Of a DNA stretch of 64,000 nucleotides, positions 1 to 12,693 are shown piece after piece (positions within the stretch are counted from its first letter, which is position 1; each line of letters begins with the position of its first letter). Source of the stretch: Takakia lepidozioides (taxonomy: Eukaryota > Plantae > Bryophyta); the NCBI GenBank assembly GCA_030704615.1, contig CM060731.1:14694001-14758000 (forward strand). Direction: 5' to 3'. The translations under genes and the position numbers were made by a program. The notes below the pieces were generated by a model. The model was not told where the DNA came from and searched no databases. It worked only from the letters and a program-made list of their open reading frames with translations.

Positions 1-633
1 TCTGATGAAAACTCATCCAAGGAACTTGTCACTGTTGGCCCCAATGGTACAGAAGTGCACCTAAAGCTTGAGAAAATGGTGGAACCAGGTGATGCTGCAG
101 ACCGGTTGGCAGCAACTGGTTTTCACCCGCACCATGACCCAACAGTTTTGGATGCACAAAACTGGGATCATGACACAATGGGTAGTGAGGGGATCCACGA
201 GTGTAGCGATGCAATTACCCCAGACAGTCACTTAGATAGTGTCTCTGAATCTCCAAATGCAGGGCAAACAATGAAAAGCAAGGCTAAAGGTTTTCTCAAG
301 CAAGCTGGAAAAGCTGCACATGCTATGGGGCATACCCTCAGCAGCCGACTAAAACCCAGAAAACTTGCAGATCATCGTGAAGATGGCATTGAATCTGATG
401 AGTTGACCCAGAGCTCCGGAGAGCTGGATGAAGGGGGTCAACTTGCTGGCACTCGACCAATCATTTCTACTGAAAACCCTACTGAGTGTGGTATAAAGTC
501 CAGTGAACAAGGGCCTCCAGAGAGTGGAGCTCATGACACATCTCCTATTTTGAGTGGGTTAGGTGGTGCACCCCCTGGAAGACATCCACCTGACCCACCA
601 GTACACCCGAGTGGAGATATATCAACTAGATAA
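1..633 (+). CDS. Open frame running in from the window edge; low-complexity D/E/S/P/H-rich, product unknown
   Basis: Frame 1 is stop-free from base 1 to TAA at 631-633. No recognisable motif. Confidence 0.25.
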   Translation, partial: SDENSSKELVTVGPNGTEVHLKLEKMVEPGDAADRLAATGFHPHHDPTVLDAQNWDHDTMGSEGIHECSDAITPDSHLDSVSESPNAGQTMKSKAKGFLKQAGKAAHAMGHTLSSRLKPRKLADHREDGIESDELTQSSGELDEGGQLAGTRPIISTENPTECGIKSSEQGPPESGAHDTSPILSGLGGAPPGRHPPDPPVHPSGDISTR

Positions 634-1181
634 TATAACACACGCGGATGCCTCGTTTTCAAGTCTCCCACAACCAGAAGCTGTGAAGCTCAGCTCCATT
701 ATTCTGGAGCGAGAACTAAGGTGTGATGCCAGTGCTCTCACTCACCAATTTCTCAACCTGTTGACAGAGGGAATGATAGACATTCTTCTACATTTGGATT
801 CTGAGTTGCAGTGCAGAAACAGACATCTGCTTAGCTCTCTATTCAACACAACTAGATCCTGTCATTCACCTTCTGGACTACAATGAAAAACGGAAGGCAG
901 TGTAACACAATCCCATGGGGATGACGGCCTTGCCTTAGTCCTGGTTGAATTTCATTTAGTATTTCACCCTCTAATGTCTTTGGGTTAGACAGAGGTTCGT
1001 GATACTAGAATTCCAGAGTGAGGACAGACGACAGTTCTTAAGAGCTATAGCCGACAATAGCAACTCACAGTGTGTTTCCTATGAAGGGCCTTGACCCCTT
1101 ATCTGCATGATGATGCTGGTTATTTGCAGGCCCATCATTCCTAATAGACAGCAGGAAACGGTAGTATTTAGTTGTTCAAAC

Positions 1182-1695
1182 CAGTGTTGGACTGGTATCA
1201 AGTTTTTTACATACGAGACTGGTCCTGGTACCAGGCGTATACAAAACTTTCATACCAGTCTGGTCTGTATAATGGTGGATGTATTTTTTTCCAGATACTG
1301 GTATGAATATGAGTATCATGACCACAATACCAGCTGGTATGAGTGGTATGAGATATCAACTCTGGTATCATTCCAAAGCCATCTTGAGTTACAAATTTAT
1401 CAAGTGGCAAGTATCAAGTGAAAACAAATAAAATATACATAAGAAGTAAATATACATAAGTACAAATATATAGGCATATGTACACATAAATTAATTCAGT
1501 ATACATACCAGAGTAAATGAGGAAGACGATGGGGGTGTACGGGTATTGTGGCTGGTATGAAAGAACTGATACCAGCCTGGTCCGGTATCTGACCAAGTAT
1601 TCTCCCAAATGATACCAGACTGGTCTGGTATCTAATACCAGTGCATATACCAGTATTATGTACCAGTCCTTCACCTATATACCAGTCCAACACTG
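1182..1695. mobile_element. Non-autonomous hAT-type MITE (514 bp)
   Basis: Perfect 17-bp TIR CAGTGTTGGACTGGTAT (1182-1198 / 1679-1695). Exact 8-bp TSD GTTCAAAC (1174-1181, 1696-1703). Many internal CTGGTAT/ATACCAG subterminal motifs. Confidence 0.93.
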
Positions 1696-2689
1696 GTTCA
1701 AACCTTAGAATATCAGGTTAACATTTCCATTTGTAAGACATTGGAACAGTAAAGAAGGGTGAGAAATGGTGGGCTTGTGAATCAGTGTCTGTCCAGTGTT
1801 TATGAGATGGATGTATGACTCAGGAATTTTTGTACTTGTCCATTTCACCACTTATGTCTAATCCTACTCATCTACAACAGGTGAACAACATCGGCTCTTC
1901 AATTGTTAGAATGTTTTTTGTTACCCAAAGTTTTTCATTAGTTGTGGAGACATGTCTATCACTTGCCGGACCTGCCAAACCTCACAAAGAAGCCTTGATT
2001 GGTTGTCTGACTATGCTGAGATAAATGAAGCTCAACCCTAAAGGCATACAGCCTTTGTTTTTTTTGTTTTTTTTTCCAACCTTGACTGCACAAATATCTG
2101 TGGTCCTGGCAAACGTTTTTGAAGTATCATTCAGACCTATAAATTTGACAAAATATCATGGCATGTAGCATGTAGCTGTAGGAATTAGAATCTTCTGCAC
2201 ATGAAAAGTTTCTGCAACCTCTGCAGAGTAGGGCAACTCTACTCCAACTTCCCCAATGGCTTAGTCACTTCAGTCGAGATATGCCTGATGATGCTGCAGT
2301 TTTCCAATTTTTTGGACAAAATTCTGGTAATAACCTCTCGTGGTGGTCAAAAGCGACCCAGTCCAGCAGTTCAACTTCTGCACTTTGAAGACATTGAGTG
2401 TGATTGTTTGGAAATCCCGCCACCAGTGCCCAAGATTTGGGCACCGGGCAGGGCATATCTAGGGCGACTCTGAAGCCTGGGACAGGTGTTGTTGGAAAGT
2501 CCTCACTGAGGGCTACATTTTTACTTTTTACAGAAGGTCAGTTGGACCAGAATCCAGAAAGTTATGCAGGGTTAAAAAAATGGAAAGAGACTTTCTTTTG
2601 TCCCTGGGGACCCCCCATGTAGGAAAACAAGAAACCACATCACACACACAAAATGTCGCCCAAAGACAAAACCACCTCATGGAGGTAGG

Positions 2690-3085
2690 CTGCCAACACA
2701 GAGAGATAGAATGTACCCATCAGATATTTGCTGTAGCCTTGTGGCCATTGACGCCGCGCCCAGTTTGAGCGATACAGAAAGGGACAGAAACTATCTTTGT
2801 CAGGAGCTGACGCCGGTAGTATAACTTCACTTGAAACATGCAATTGATCAGTGATATCCTCTAGAAATCCCTTCACACAAACATCAAGCTGCTGTGTGTA
2901 ATTTGCCCAATAACTAGACCCCAAAAGGGCCTGGGCTTTTGGCTCAGCCACGAGATTTTTAAAGTTGGTTAACAGAGGTACAGGAACAAATCCCTTGATG
3001 GAATTGACGAGGGTGTCTCTCTGGTGAGAGTTAATCAGAAAGCGGGTATTGTGTTCAGGTTGTCCACACGACGGGCATTTACAAT
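2690..3085 (-). mobile_element. 5'-truncated LINE 3' end just downstream of the LCB1 stop
   Basis: Remnant of the ORF2 C-terminus (CxxC knuckle, KAQALLG..VKGFLEDI) and the same 3' motif GTCAATGGCCACAAGGCTAC found in the intronic copies. Confidence 0.75.
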
Positions 3086-3154
3086 CAGAGAGATCCAGAG
3101 AGGCAGAGAGAGAGGGCTTTCAACATGTGGGGACTGCACCAGAATTTATTTCTT

Positions 3155-6100
3155 TCAAACCTTAAGTTTGATAATTTCATGATCTGAGAGAACAGAACGT
3201 ACAACTTTGCTCAATACGGAGGCGACTAAGTCAAGCTCAGCTTCTGTGTGACCAGCTGACACAGTAATGCGGATGCCTGCCCGCAGCTTGCACTTGTCTA
3301 ATATTGACCGCCTGATTACACTCAATAGAACTCCCTCCTCCAGCATCTGTTCCCCAAAATTCCAATGTCAGGAGTGCTGACAGACTTCCTTCCCCTATGA
3401 TGCCACTGACAGATCTTTACAGAACACTCAGTACCCTGCAATCAGATAGTCATAGCTGTTGAACTTCTGGGCAGTTTCATACCATGGTGGGTGAAAGTCC
3501 CACCATGGCTACACGGTAGTATTGCCTGAAGATTATGGCCCTAAGACTACCTAGTAGCAAGTGACAAGGAATGCAGTCAATGACCTCATCATGGAAGAAA
3601 AGCTTGCACACCTAACTTAGCAGATTTATCTTAAGTGAGTATCTGCAAAACCATTTACGGCAACCTGCATGTGCATAATAAGTGCATTTGAGTTTGAGAA
3701 ACATTGATAGAGGGAGAAAGCATACAGTATCAACAATTTGCTGAAGGGTCACTGAATCTTCTCCAAAGGAAGCTGAGTGTTGCAAATGCAGAAATATAAG
3801 GGGGGATAGCGCATGGCCTCCCACCGCCACTCCTGGAATTGTTGCAAGACCTGGCCCAGAGTGACCCGTAAAAAGGTAAACAAAATGCTGATCTTCGTAT
3901 CACAGAATGGGCATGATTGTGTGCCCAAACGATCCAACCCCCCACTACTAATAAGTCCATTTGCTTATACAGTACTGCCCTTCAGCTCTCCAAGCACCAT
4001 TGGAATCCTGTTAGAATATTTGGAATTATGATCTTGGAATTGAGTAATTGGTTGGAGGAATTTTTTAGGGAACATGATGGATTGGCATGAATTGGAGATT
4101 TGATGTGGATTGGAGAATTAATTGATGATGGATAAGCATCGGACAGTAATCACATTTTGGAAGGGTGAAGGAATTTCTGAAAAGGAACGCTGATTTGGAT
4201 GGAAATGGATGAATGAATAACTCTGGAAAGGGAAGAGATGGATGATGTTTGATTGGAATATGGGAGGAATAATGAAAATCTTGTGGTGGAAATTTGGGAT
4301 GGATTGGAGATTGATGGAATAAATGGAATGTTGATGGATTGGATTTTTGGATGGATTGATGGATGGATTTGGATGGATGGAATTGTGGATGGATTTGGAT
4401 TGATGGAGCCATGGAGGAAATTGGATGGAAACTGGTTATAATGGATAAAGGATTGTGGTGGAGAATATTGTTGGGATTTGATATTCTGGATGGATGGATT
4501 TGATGGTGAAGTTTTGTTTTGGATTTGATGGAGGATGGGAATTAAGATGGGACATGGATTGGAATTTGGGATCAGGGGTATTTGGATTGGATTTCAAAGG
4601 ATATGGAAACCCAGAGTCTTGGGATGTGCCATTTCAAGTCCAGGCCATTCCCACACCTTAACATATTCATGTTCAGATTAATTTTGTGAAGTAATGGAAG
4701 TGTGACGAGAGAGCATCACCTCCAACAATCTTAAGAAAAACCAAAAGAAAGATCCTCTCTTGAAAGAGCAGAGACCGGCAGAGATGGTGGTCTATGGATG
4801 AATTCCTTGCCATAGCCTTGTGACCACAGATCCTGTGCCAGGTTTAGATAATCTAGAAACGGAGGGTGGGAGCGTAGAGATTGTACTCATAAGACGTTGT
4901 TTGCCGTAGCCTGTGGCCATTGACCCACGCCCAGTTTGGCCGGGGAACAAAAGGGACAGAAACGACCTGTTCAGGGGCTGACGTTGGTAGTGTGACTTAC
5001 CATCGATATAGAATTAATCCGTGGTTTTCCAGATATCCTCTAGAATCCCTTCACACAAGCATCATCTGCTGTGTGTGTGATTCGCCCACAAACCTAGGGC
5101 CTCAGGAGGGCCTGGGCTTTTGGCTCAGCCTCGAGATTTCAAAGTTGTTAAACAGGGGTACAGGCACAATTCCCTTGATAGAATTGAAGAGAGCGTCTCT
5201 TTGGTGAGAGAACCCCGGACAGTGTATCAGAAAGTGAATACTGTCTTCAGATTGCCCACACAGCGGGCAATTGCACTCTCCCATTCCTCTCTGCTTCTGT
5301 TTGCTGTTCAAAGGTAGGCTTCCTGCCCTGAGTTTAAATTTCAGTCTAGTGCCGAGAGTGGGTAGTCCCTTGAGGTCATCCAAGATGTCCTCCCCCATGT
5401 CACTGACTGGAAACAAGTTCAGGGAAGTTTTCTGCCTAACTTCATTTTCATCGGACAATCTCATGGCAACAGACATGGCTGAGGACACTACAGCCTCTAA
5501 GTCAGATTTATCCAGCAGGGTCAAGACTTGCGGATCCAGGTCCAGGTCCTTGGGAGCGTAGAGAAACTGATGGAGTGAGAGAAATAGCCAAAAAGAAAAG
5601 AAATGTATTGCGTATAGATCCCACCAGACAAAGTGATCTAAGTGACAGGGAAGTTACCATATGGATATACAAAAGGACACCTACTTGCGCGAAAAATGGC
5701 GACATTTCGTTGGAGTCTGGTTAGCAGCTGAGGGTTGTCCTCTAACAGCTCCACAGCAGCAATAGATGCACTCGCTAAGAATGGTGGTAATGCTGCTGAA
5801 TAACAGTACCCTGCTCCACTGAGACGCTGCACAAGTATTGGACTCTGTCAGTAGAGCTCTGGTGGCGAGAGAAGGAACTTCATAATGTCCACACAGAGAG
5901 AGAATGTACACATAAGACGTTGTTTGCCGTAGCCTTGTGGCCATTGACCCCGTGCTCAGTTTGAGCGGAACACAGAGAGAGAGAGAATGTACTCATAAGA
6001 CGTTGTTTGCCGTAGCCTTGTGGCCATTGACCCCGCACCCAGTTTAAGTGGAACACAAAGGGACAGAGAGAGAGAGAATGTACTCATAAGACGTTGTTTG

Positions 6101-6158
6101 CCGTAGCCTTATGGCCATTGACCGCGCGCCCAGTTTGAGCGGAACCGCCCAGTTTGAG

Positions 6159-6198
<40 letters not shown>

Positions 6199-9100
6199 TA
6201 CTTATATCACATTGTTTGCCATAGCCTTGTGGCCATAGACCCTGCACCCAGTTTGTGCGGAACAAGAGGGAACAGACTCTACCTTTGTGAGGGGCTCACT
6301 CCAATAGTGGGACTTACCTTGGTATAAACAATTAGCGAGCTTTCCAAATTTTCTCCAGAAAGCCCTTCACACAAGCATCAATCTGCTGCGTGTGAGCTGC
6401 CCAGCAATATTTACCCCAACAGGGCCCAGGGCTTTAGGCTGAGCTTTTGAGATATTGAAAGTTGGTGAACAGAAGTGCAGGAACCATGTTTTTTAAGTTC
6501 CTCATGAGGGTCACTCTCTGGTGAGAATACCCGGAGAGTATATCAGAAAATGGATGTTGTCTTCAGGCTGCCCACACATCGGCCACTTACAATCTCCTTT
6601 TCCTCTCTGCATCTGTTTATTGTTGTTTGCCAAAAGTTAGACCCAACAGGGTCAGGGCTTTAGTCTCAGCCTCGATAAAAGTTGGTGAACAGAGGTGCCT
6701 GGACTTGACTGTCTTGAGAAATGAAATGAAATGGTGCTTTATAACGTCCGCGGAAAGCTCAAAGAGCTTATGGGACACAATGGAATAGATGGAAAAGAGA
6801 GAGAAAGATGTGGGCCTTGTGTCGATAGGACCCAGAGATTAATTTGGACTGAGCAGGAAAGGGGTTGGCAGAGCCCCCACAGAGCATAGACAAGAGGTCC
6901 CATACCATTGCTGAAGGCTCTTGCTGTGGTAATCACTTGACCCAGAATTTAGACCAAGGCGACTTTCCTGCCATAGTGAAAGGAGGAGCGGTGCAGTCTT
7001 TTCTTTAAAGCTTGCAACGACGGCATTCTGCTCGGAAGGAAAGCCTGCACTGCATCAATCTGAGTGAGTGAGAGTGATGCTGGTACATACCTGATGATCC
7101 ACAACTTGAGCGCTGCCGGTACAGAAGCCACCAACTGATGCAAGAGAATGGCCCATGGCTGCTGTGATTATGTCCACCTTCTCAACCTGTGCGCTCCCAT
7201 CCGTCATGAAGTTTACCATTACATTCCTAACCAGACTTGTTCATAGCAAACTTCTACCCTGCCCAGAGTCATAAACAACGGAAGTCCTCAACCCTTGAAC
7301 AATCAACATTAGGATGTGGGTCCAGAACATACTGGAATATTGAAGTGCTCAGAAAGGCCACGCCCAGTCTTGCCAAGCACGCCAATTGAGTTGCTTTCAT
7401 CCACCAGGACTCTGAAGCGGTACTTCTCCTTCAATCGAACAATTTCATCCAGGGGTGCCATATCACCTGAATTCTGTCCAAAAACACCCACTGTCTTGGG
7501 CTGCTAGTGAAACCCACCGGACCTCCCACAAAACATTTACATCATGCTTCACCACGAGCTTTCCTTCAATAATGAGACATCAGTGTTTCTGTGCTTATGG
7601 AACACACTCCTCAAGACGCAAGAAATAGGAACAATCAATGTTTCTACAAGAAGGAAAAAGGTAGACACACCTGGTAGATAGCTTCCACCACAATGAAGCG
7701 GCGGTTAAGTGCCTTTTTCTTGCGCTGGTCCTCCTGCCTCACCTCCTCCAAAAATTCCTCCAGGGATGCCATATCATTGTGTTTAAATAACCGCACCGTA
7801 CTCCGTGACAAAAACAGGCCATTCTGTATGCCCCAACTCACACCTTCATCCCTGCAATTTGACCTTTCCACACATAAGCAAAGGGACCCAAATAGATACT
7901 GATAGAGGTCCAGACCAAAGACGTGTGTCACAAGAGAGAGAAGTGGAGGAGCATGATATCGACACAGACAAGCACAAAGGACAAAATCTGGACTTCAGAA
8001 TGAAGGAGAAGATCGGAGAGGACAGAGGTGCGCACGCAAGAATAAGATCGCCTCGCTTGCAGAAGGCAGGAATCACACTGGACACAGTAGCCAACCCATA
8101 TGAATACAAAATGGCATCTGGTGTTCCCATAAATTGCGCCATCTTGGCTTCGAAGTCCATGTGCAAATCTGCTCCCCCGGGAAACCTTTTGCTTTCAGAA
8201 AGAGAAAGATATTTGTGCAGGTAGAGTGCTGTGCATCTCTAATACGAGCACCTTTCTCTCTCTCACTGTCTCTCTGGCTCTCTTGCATGTGGTAAAGTTC
8301 CTTCTATTCTTGTTTTCTTCCCTCTCTGCCTGGGCCCCGTGGTTACTGTAGAAGGTGTTGTTTGGTGAGATGGGCCTGTTGTTTCATTGGCCTCATTTGG
8401 CAAGTAAAGTGAGTTTCTTTCCTTCCCCACTCAAAAAATACTCAAATAGAAGCACCTTACCGACGGTACCATAGAATCCACGGGGGCCACATGCCCCAAC
8501 TCCATATTTTTCTAGAGCAGCATTGCACGTTTCCTGCAGCAGTGATCCAAAAACTATCAGTCACAAGTGAGTAAATCTGCTGTGGGTTGGTTCAGGTGGC
8601 TGGGGGCAGAATATTAGAAGATTAGGAGTTACCAGCTACCTCTATTGGAAGAACCATAAGCACCGACAAGCACTGGCCATTTATCTTGAAGCTTTGAGAT
8701 GAAACGCCACAAGACACAACCTATTAGAAATTTACCCACCTTAATTTTGATGTTCCCAAGTAAGCCCAAGTAATTTGCTGAAGACAAATTAATAATATCC
8801 ATGCCTTTGATCACTGTGTGCGGGCCTGCTGCACTGCATTGTGGCACAGAAGCCTGCTACATTGTCAAATTACTAGCAAAACAACTGACCAGAAATATGG
8901 CTTCAACTCTGCATACAAACCGCAGTCAGTTGTCCTTCATGGCTAGCAAACTCAAGAAACAAAGCCATGCTGATAAGAGTTAGTGTTGTTTTTCGTATCT
9001 TATTGGGGAATTCTATTTACTGCCTCCATTATTACTTGGGCAAGTTTCCATCCACATATAGTGCAGCTGAGCAGTTCTGCTTCTGGATTCTTCCGGTAGA

Positions 9101-11308
9101 AACACACAATCCTCTCATTTCCAATTTGGCAAAGCAATGCCCCTGTCTGCAAGTGGCCAGGCCATATTGCACAACTTCCAACATACTCCAATTGGACCCA
9201 CAACAACCTGCAATGTGGCCAAAGTGCCCTTCCCAAGCTATCTCTTACAACCTCCGAAAACAGCAGGCTGCTACTCTTCAGCTGCAAATACCCACCTTTC
9301 AAGAACAGGGGTCGCAGTTTCCATCTCTTGTGTGATGGGTGGGTGCAGTGGCTCGGGGCTCCATTCATCACAGAGTTGGTCTATTTCCTGCTCCCACCCC
9401 CATGTCCTCCTTCAGCACTTTCAACTCACAGTTGTGGCAATCAACCTTCCTCATACATTCAAGCTTTGTCCACACACAAGCAGTGTCTGCAAAGGATTCA
9501 CTTTCGTTTTCAACCAAAATCAAGGAAGCGGGTTTGCCTGGGTGGCAACGCTGTCAAATAGCCAGATTTTGGTGGAGGGGTGGCGCAGATGCATCTGTTT
9601 GCATTTGGCCTGAAGGCGGATGGAGGCAGCCTTGCCCTTTGTCAATCTGTCCACGGCAGTCAATGAAACTGGAATTTGGGAGAGTGGATAACCAGACCCA
9701 GGTATTGGTATGATTTGACAATCTCAATCTCTGTTGGTTGAAGAAGAATCTGCGGTCCGCCTGGCCATTAAAACCCATGATCTTAGTTTTGCTAAGATTG
9801 ACCTGCAACCCATAGTCTTTGGAGAACTCGTCCAAGAGGCGAAGATGGCATTGTAGGAGGACAGGAGATTGTGCAAAGAGGGCAACATCATCAGCATAGA
9901 GGAGTGCTGATTGCGTTGGTCCCACAACCAACGGCACCCCAACTCCATGGTTTTTTGAGATGTAACCCTCCAAAGCGTCAATGTAGATCCCAAAAAGGGG
10001 AAGAAACAAAGAAGGAAAGAGTGAAAAGCTGAGACAGATCACGTAGCTGGATGTAAACGTACCCACCACGGTAGGAGATCTCAGACCGCAGTATACAAAC
10101 TGGGTTACCTAAAAGTGGCATCCGTTGCTCATATACAGCTGATGGCAATCCACTTACAGGGAATTGAGCGCTGACTCAAGCAGCAACATCATATTTACAA
10201 AGTATGGGGTTGATTCCAGCAGCACTGGACCCCGCACTCAGTTTGAGTGGAACACAAAGGGACAGAAACTACCTTTATCAGGGGCTGACACCGGTAGTAT
10301 GACTTACCAATTTCACGAGAGAGGAGGGAGATAGAGAGCTAACATGGTTGGTGAGGGGGCGCTTCTCAGGTTGGTAACTTTTTTGCAGCAGTAGGACTGC
10401 AATCACCACGACCAACAGCATCTCCACGAACAAATGCCCTGCCAACCCACCCATCTCTCATTAATGCGTCTGCTAATCACATTTCTTCGTGGGAGACCTA
10501 ATTGATTAACCCTGGAACACTTGCAACTAACAGCCAACCAGAGTTTACAGCACAGCTTTAGCAGGATACTTCACTGGGTCAATTTCTAACCATAATTGAC
10601 TTGATCAGTGACAATTTGTTGGATAGAACTGACAACCTTTGCACCTTTCTCTGCCACACTCCCTTTATCGTTGTCATAAGGAAGTTCTAGCTATCAATGT
10701 GCCCACTGCCCAGCATATCTGGAAGTATTAAACGCTGATGAAGGCCTAAATATTCAGGGTACAGATCTGGTTTTTAACCTAAATCAAGTGCTTGTCAAGC
10801 AGAGAGCTCCCCCAAAAGTCACCACAGAGAATTCAATATGCTAAAAAGCTACAAGTTTTATGAAACGATACGAAGGTATAGTCAATGGTTAAGGCTGGTT
10901 ACTTCGATCATCCTAGTCCCACCTGACTGAAAGCCCCAAAAAACCAGTGGAAAAATTCACCAGAAGGGAGATATTCCACACGCCTCGATAATGTGATAGG
11001 CGGAACGGCTGTGACGTTATCACGAGTTGCATATAAGAGGGAGAGAATGGACCTACTTTCAACAGCAACAGCGTCCAGATTGGACAGAGCAGAAGGGCGA
11101 CAAACCTGGACGCAGGATAATCACAGACAACGAAGGCATGGAAGCTCCCGCCCAACACTGCAGATCACTTGTGCAGAGAGGTGGGGACGGAGAGAGAGAG
11201 AGAGTACCAACCATCAATGTGAAACCCAAAGATAACAGCATCTGCCAGTGGCGCATCTAGCAGAGGAACCAGAGACTTCTTCATGTCCATCACCATCTCC
11301 GTTGCCAT
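3155..11308 (-). CDS. LCB1: Serine palmitoyltransferase subunit 1 / long chain base biosynthesis protein 1. 12 exons: 11308-11212, 10438-10344, 9387-9296, 8833-8740, 8533-8461, 8168-8036, 7851-7671, 7473-7333, 7186-7091, 5826-5685, 3850-3726, 3346-3155
   Basis: Manual splicing at GT..AG sites gives 1461 nt = 486 aa + TGA, collinear with plant LCB1: [114 protein letters not shown]. Confidence 0.96.
4060..4605 (+). repeat. Degenerate TGGA/GGATT low-complexity tract in LCB1 intron 10
   Basis: About 550 bp of GGAT/TGGA/GATTT units, nearly C-free on the + strand. Confidence 0.8.
4880..5550 (-). mobile_element. LINE 3' fragment (ORF2 C-terminal zinc knuckle plus 3' UTR) in LCB1 intron 10
   Basis: ORF 5102-5524 has [32 protein letters not shown], typical of a non-LTR ORF2 C-terminus, followed by the shared 3' motif. 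Confidence 0.85.
5880..6620 (-). mobile_element. LINE 3' fragment followed by head-to-tail copies of its 3' terminus with (TC)n tails, LCB1 intron 9
   Basis: Zinc-knuckle remnant near 6540-6600. Motif TAGCCTT(G/A)TGGCCAT recurs at about 5930, 6012, 6103 and 6222, separated by (AG)n runs. Confidence 0.8.
9560..10030 (-). pseudogene. Non-LTR reverse transcriptase fragment in LCB1 intron 2
   Basis: [32 protein letters not shown], the RT core of RTE/L2-like LINEs. Confidence 0.85.
10226..10308 (-). mobile_element. Short copy of the same LINE 3' UTR
   Basis: CAGTTTGAGTGGAACACAAAGGGACAGAAACTACCTTT..GGGGCTGAC..GACTTACC matches the copies at about 2760, 4930 and 6250. Confidence 0.75.
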
Positions 11309-12693
11309 GGCTCCAGCTCCCCACTACTGCAAGCCACCCTCCCCGAGTGCGCTCATTTCTGTTACGCAACCAAGAATACAACGCAGAATATACGGGAGAG
11401 GGTAGATGGGTTGTTCCTATTATCCGCGCCCGTGCTAAATTCACGAGTTCTCCATAACCCATGTTTCTGGGTGAGGACGGTCAACTGCTGCTTGCAGTCT
11501 GAAGGAATGCAACACCGCCCTACTGCAAGTTTGCAACCTCTCAAGTCACCCACCACCGCCTTGGTTGACTGGAGCATTTACATTACTGCCAGGGAGGTTG
11601 TTCTAAGTGTTATCCAGGAACATAAATGCATGTTATTCAGTATTATATGCAAGGAAGGGAGGTGGCTGGCCTCTGAATTGCGCTCTTATAAAAGCTTATA
11701 GGACTTCGTGACTTGAGCTTGGCCTACGCAGAAAGAACGCGGTGGTGGCGGCTGAAGTCTGTGCCACTTTTGTCGCTTCCCGCACAGCATTCACGCTTGT
11801 TTTGTTTTGGTTCTTCCCCAGAAGAGCATTGTGCACATCCCCAGCAACAAAAGCTCAACATACTGAGAATGAGATATCCAAGGAGGAGAATGTGAGGTAC
11901 GTGCGGACATGTCTCTCGGCTCGGTCGTTGCCTTGTTACAAGCCAGGGGGAGGAAAAAGCTGGTGGAAGGAACCTCATTAAAGCTTGTACATTGACAGAG
12001 AAAATGGGAGGACATGGGGAAGGGTCTGCGGTTTTGTTACCTGCACAGTAGCCTAGCGCATTCAAATCTACTAAGACTTTGCCCAGAGCTTTGAACAGAG
12101 ATTGGATCTGAGACAGATGTTGCTAGCGGTCTCTGCTATCAGAACAGCAAGGTTGCCAGCACAGACCAGGGGCCCTATAAAACTCAATGGTGACCCTAGT
12201 TTACCTGGCCTAAAAGACTCCGAAATTTAGGAGTCGACAACAAGGGAGACAGAGAAGGCTATGATACTACTAAGCTGTGCACCGAATAAACTTTGCTGAT
12301 TTCGTCATTGACAGATGTCGCACTAGAGAATCTGGATGCTCTCTTCAGCAATTAGTTCTAGTGTATTTCTTTTCCTAGTAAGAGTGAAGCCCCGTAATCT
12401 GCTGTACATACGAGGGAATTCCAATGACATAATACCAAGCGTTTGATTCTGAATAACAAACCCCCTTAGTCTAGATACAAGAGGGATCTCGAGACTGATC
12501 GACATTTGGTCACAGAATTTTAATACACCTCTCCTTGCTCAGGCCTCGCTCTCTCAACTCAACTTCCAAGTAATACTATACCCTTTTAAGGATCTTCTGC
12601 ACAGGGGTTCAAACCTCAAACATTATGATTCTGGTTCAAACTGCACAATCCAGGGCTATAAAAGCTTCTCTGTCAAAATCCCGGGCCTTTGTG

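Noticed and set aside
4065-4441. Short ORFs in the GGAT tract, and most other <120-aa ORFs in the track
   Set aside because: Artefacts of low-complexity sequence, or antisense shadows of real exons and TE frames.
6012-6050. Similarity of the repeat (minus strand CGGGGTCAATGG) to the 5' stem of plant U1 snRNA
   Set aside because: Only 12 nt match. No U1 loops or Sm site follow, and the motif sits directly behind a LINE ORF2 end.
5880-6260. CRISPR-like repeat array
   Set aside because: Eukaryotic intron. Units are whole duplicated LINE tails without unique spacers, and there are no cas genes.
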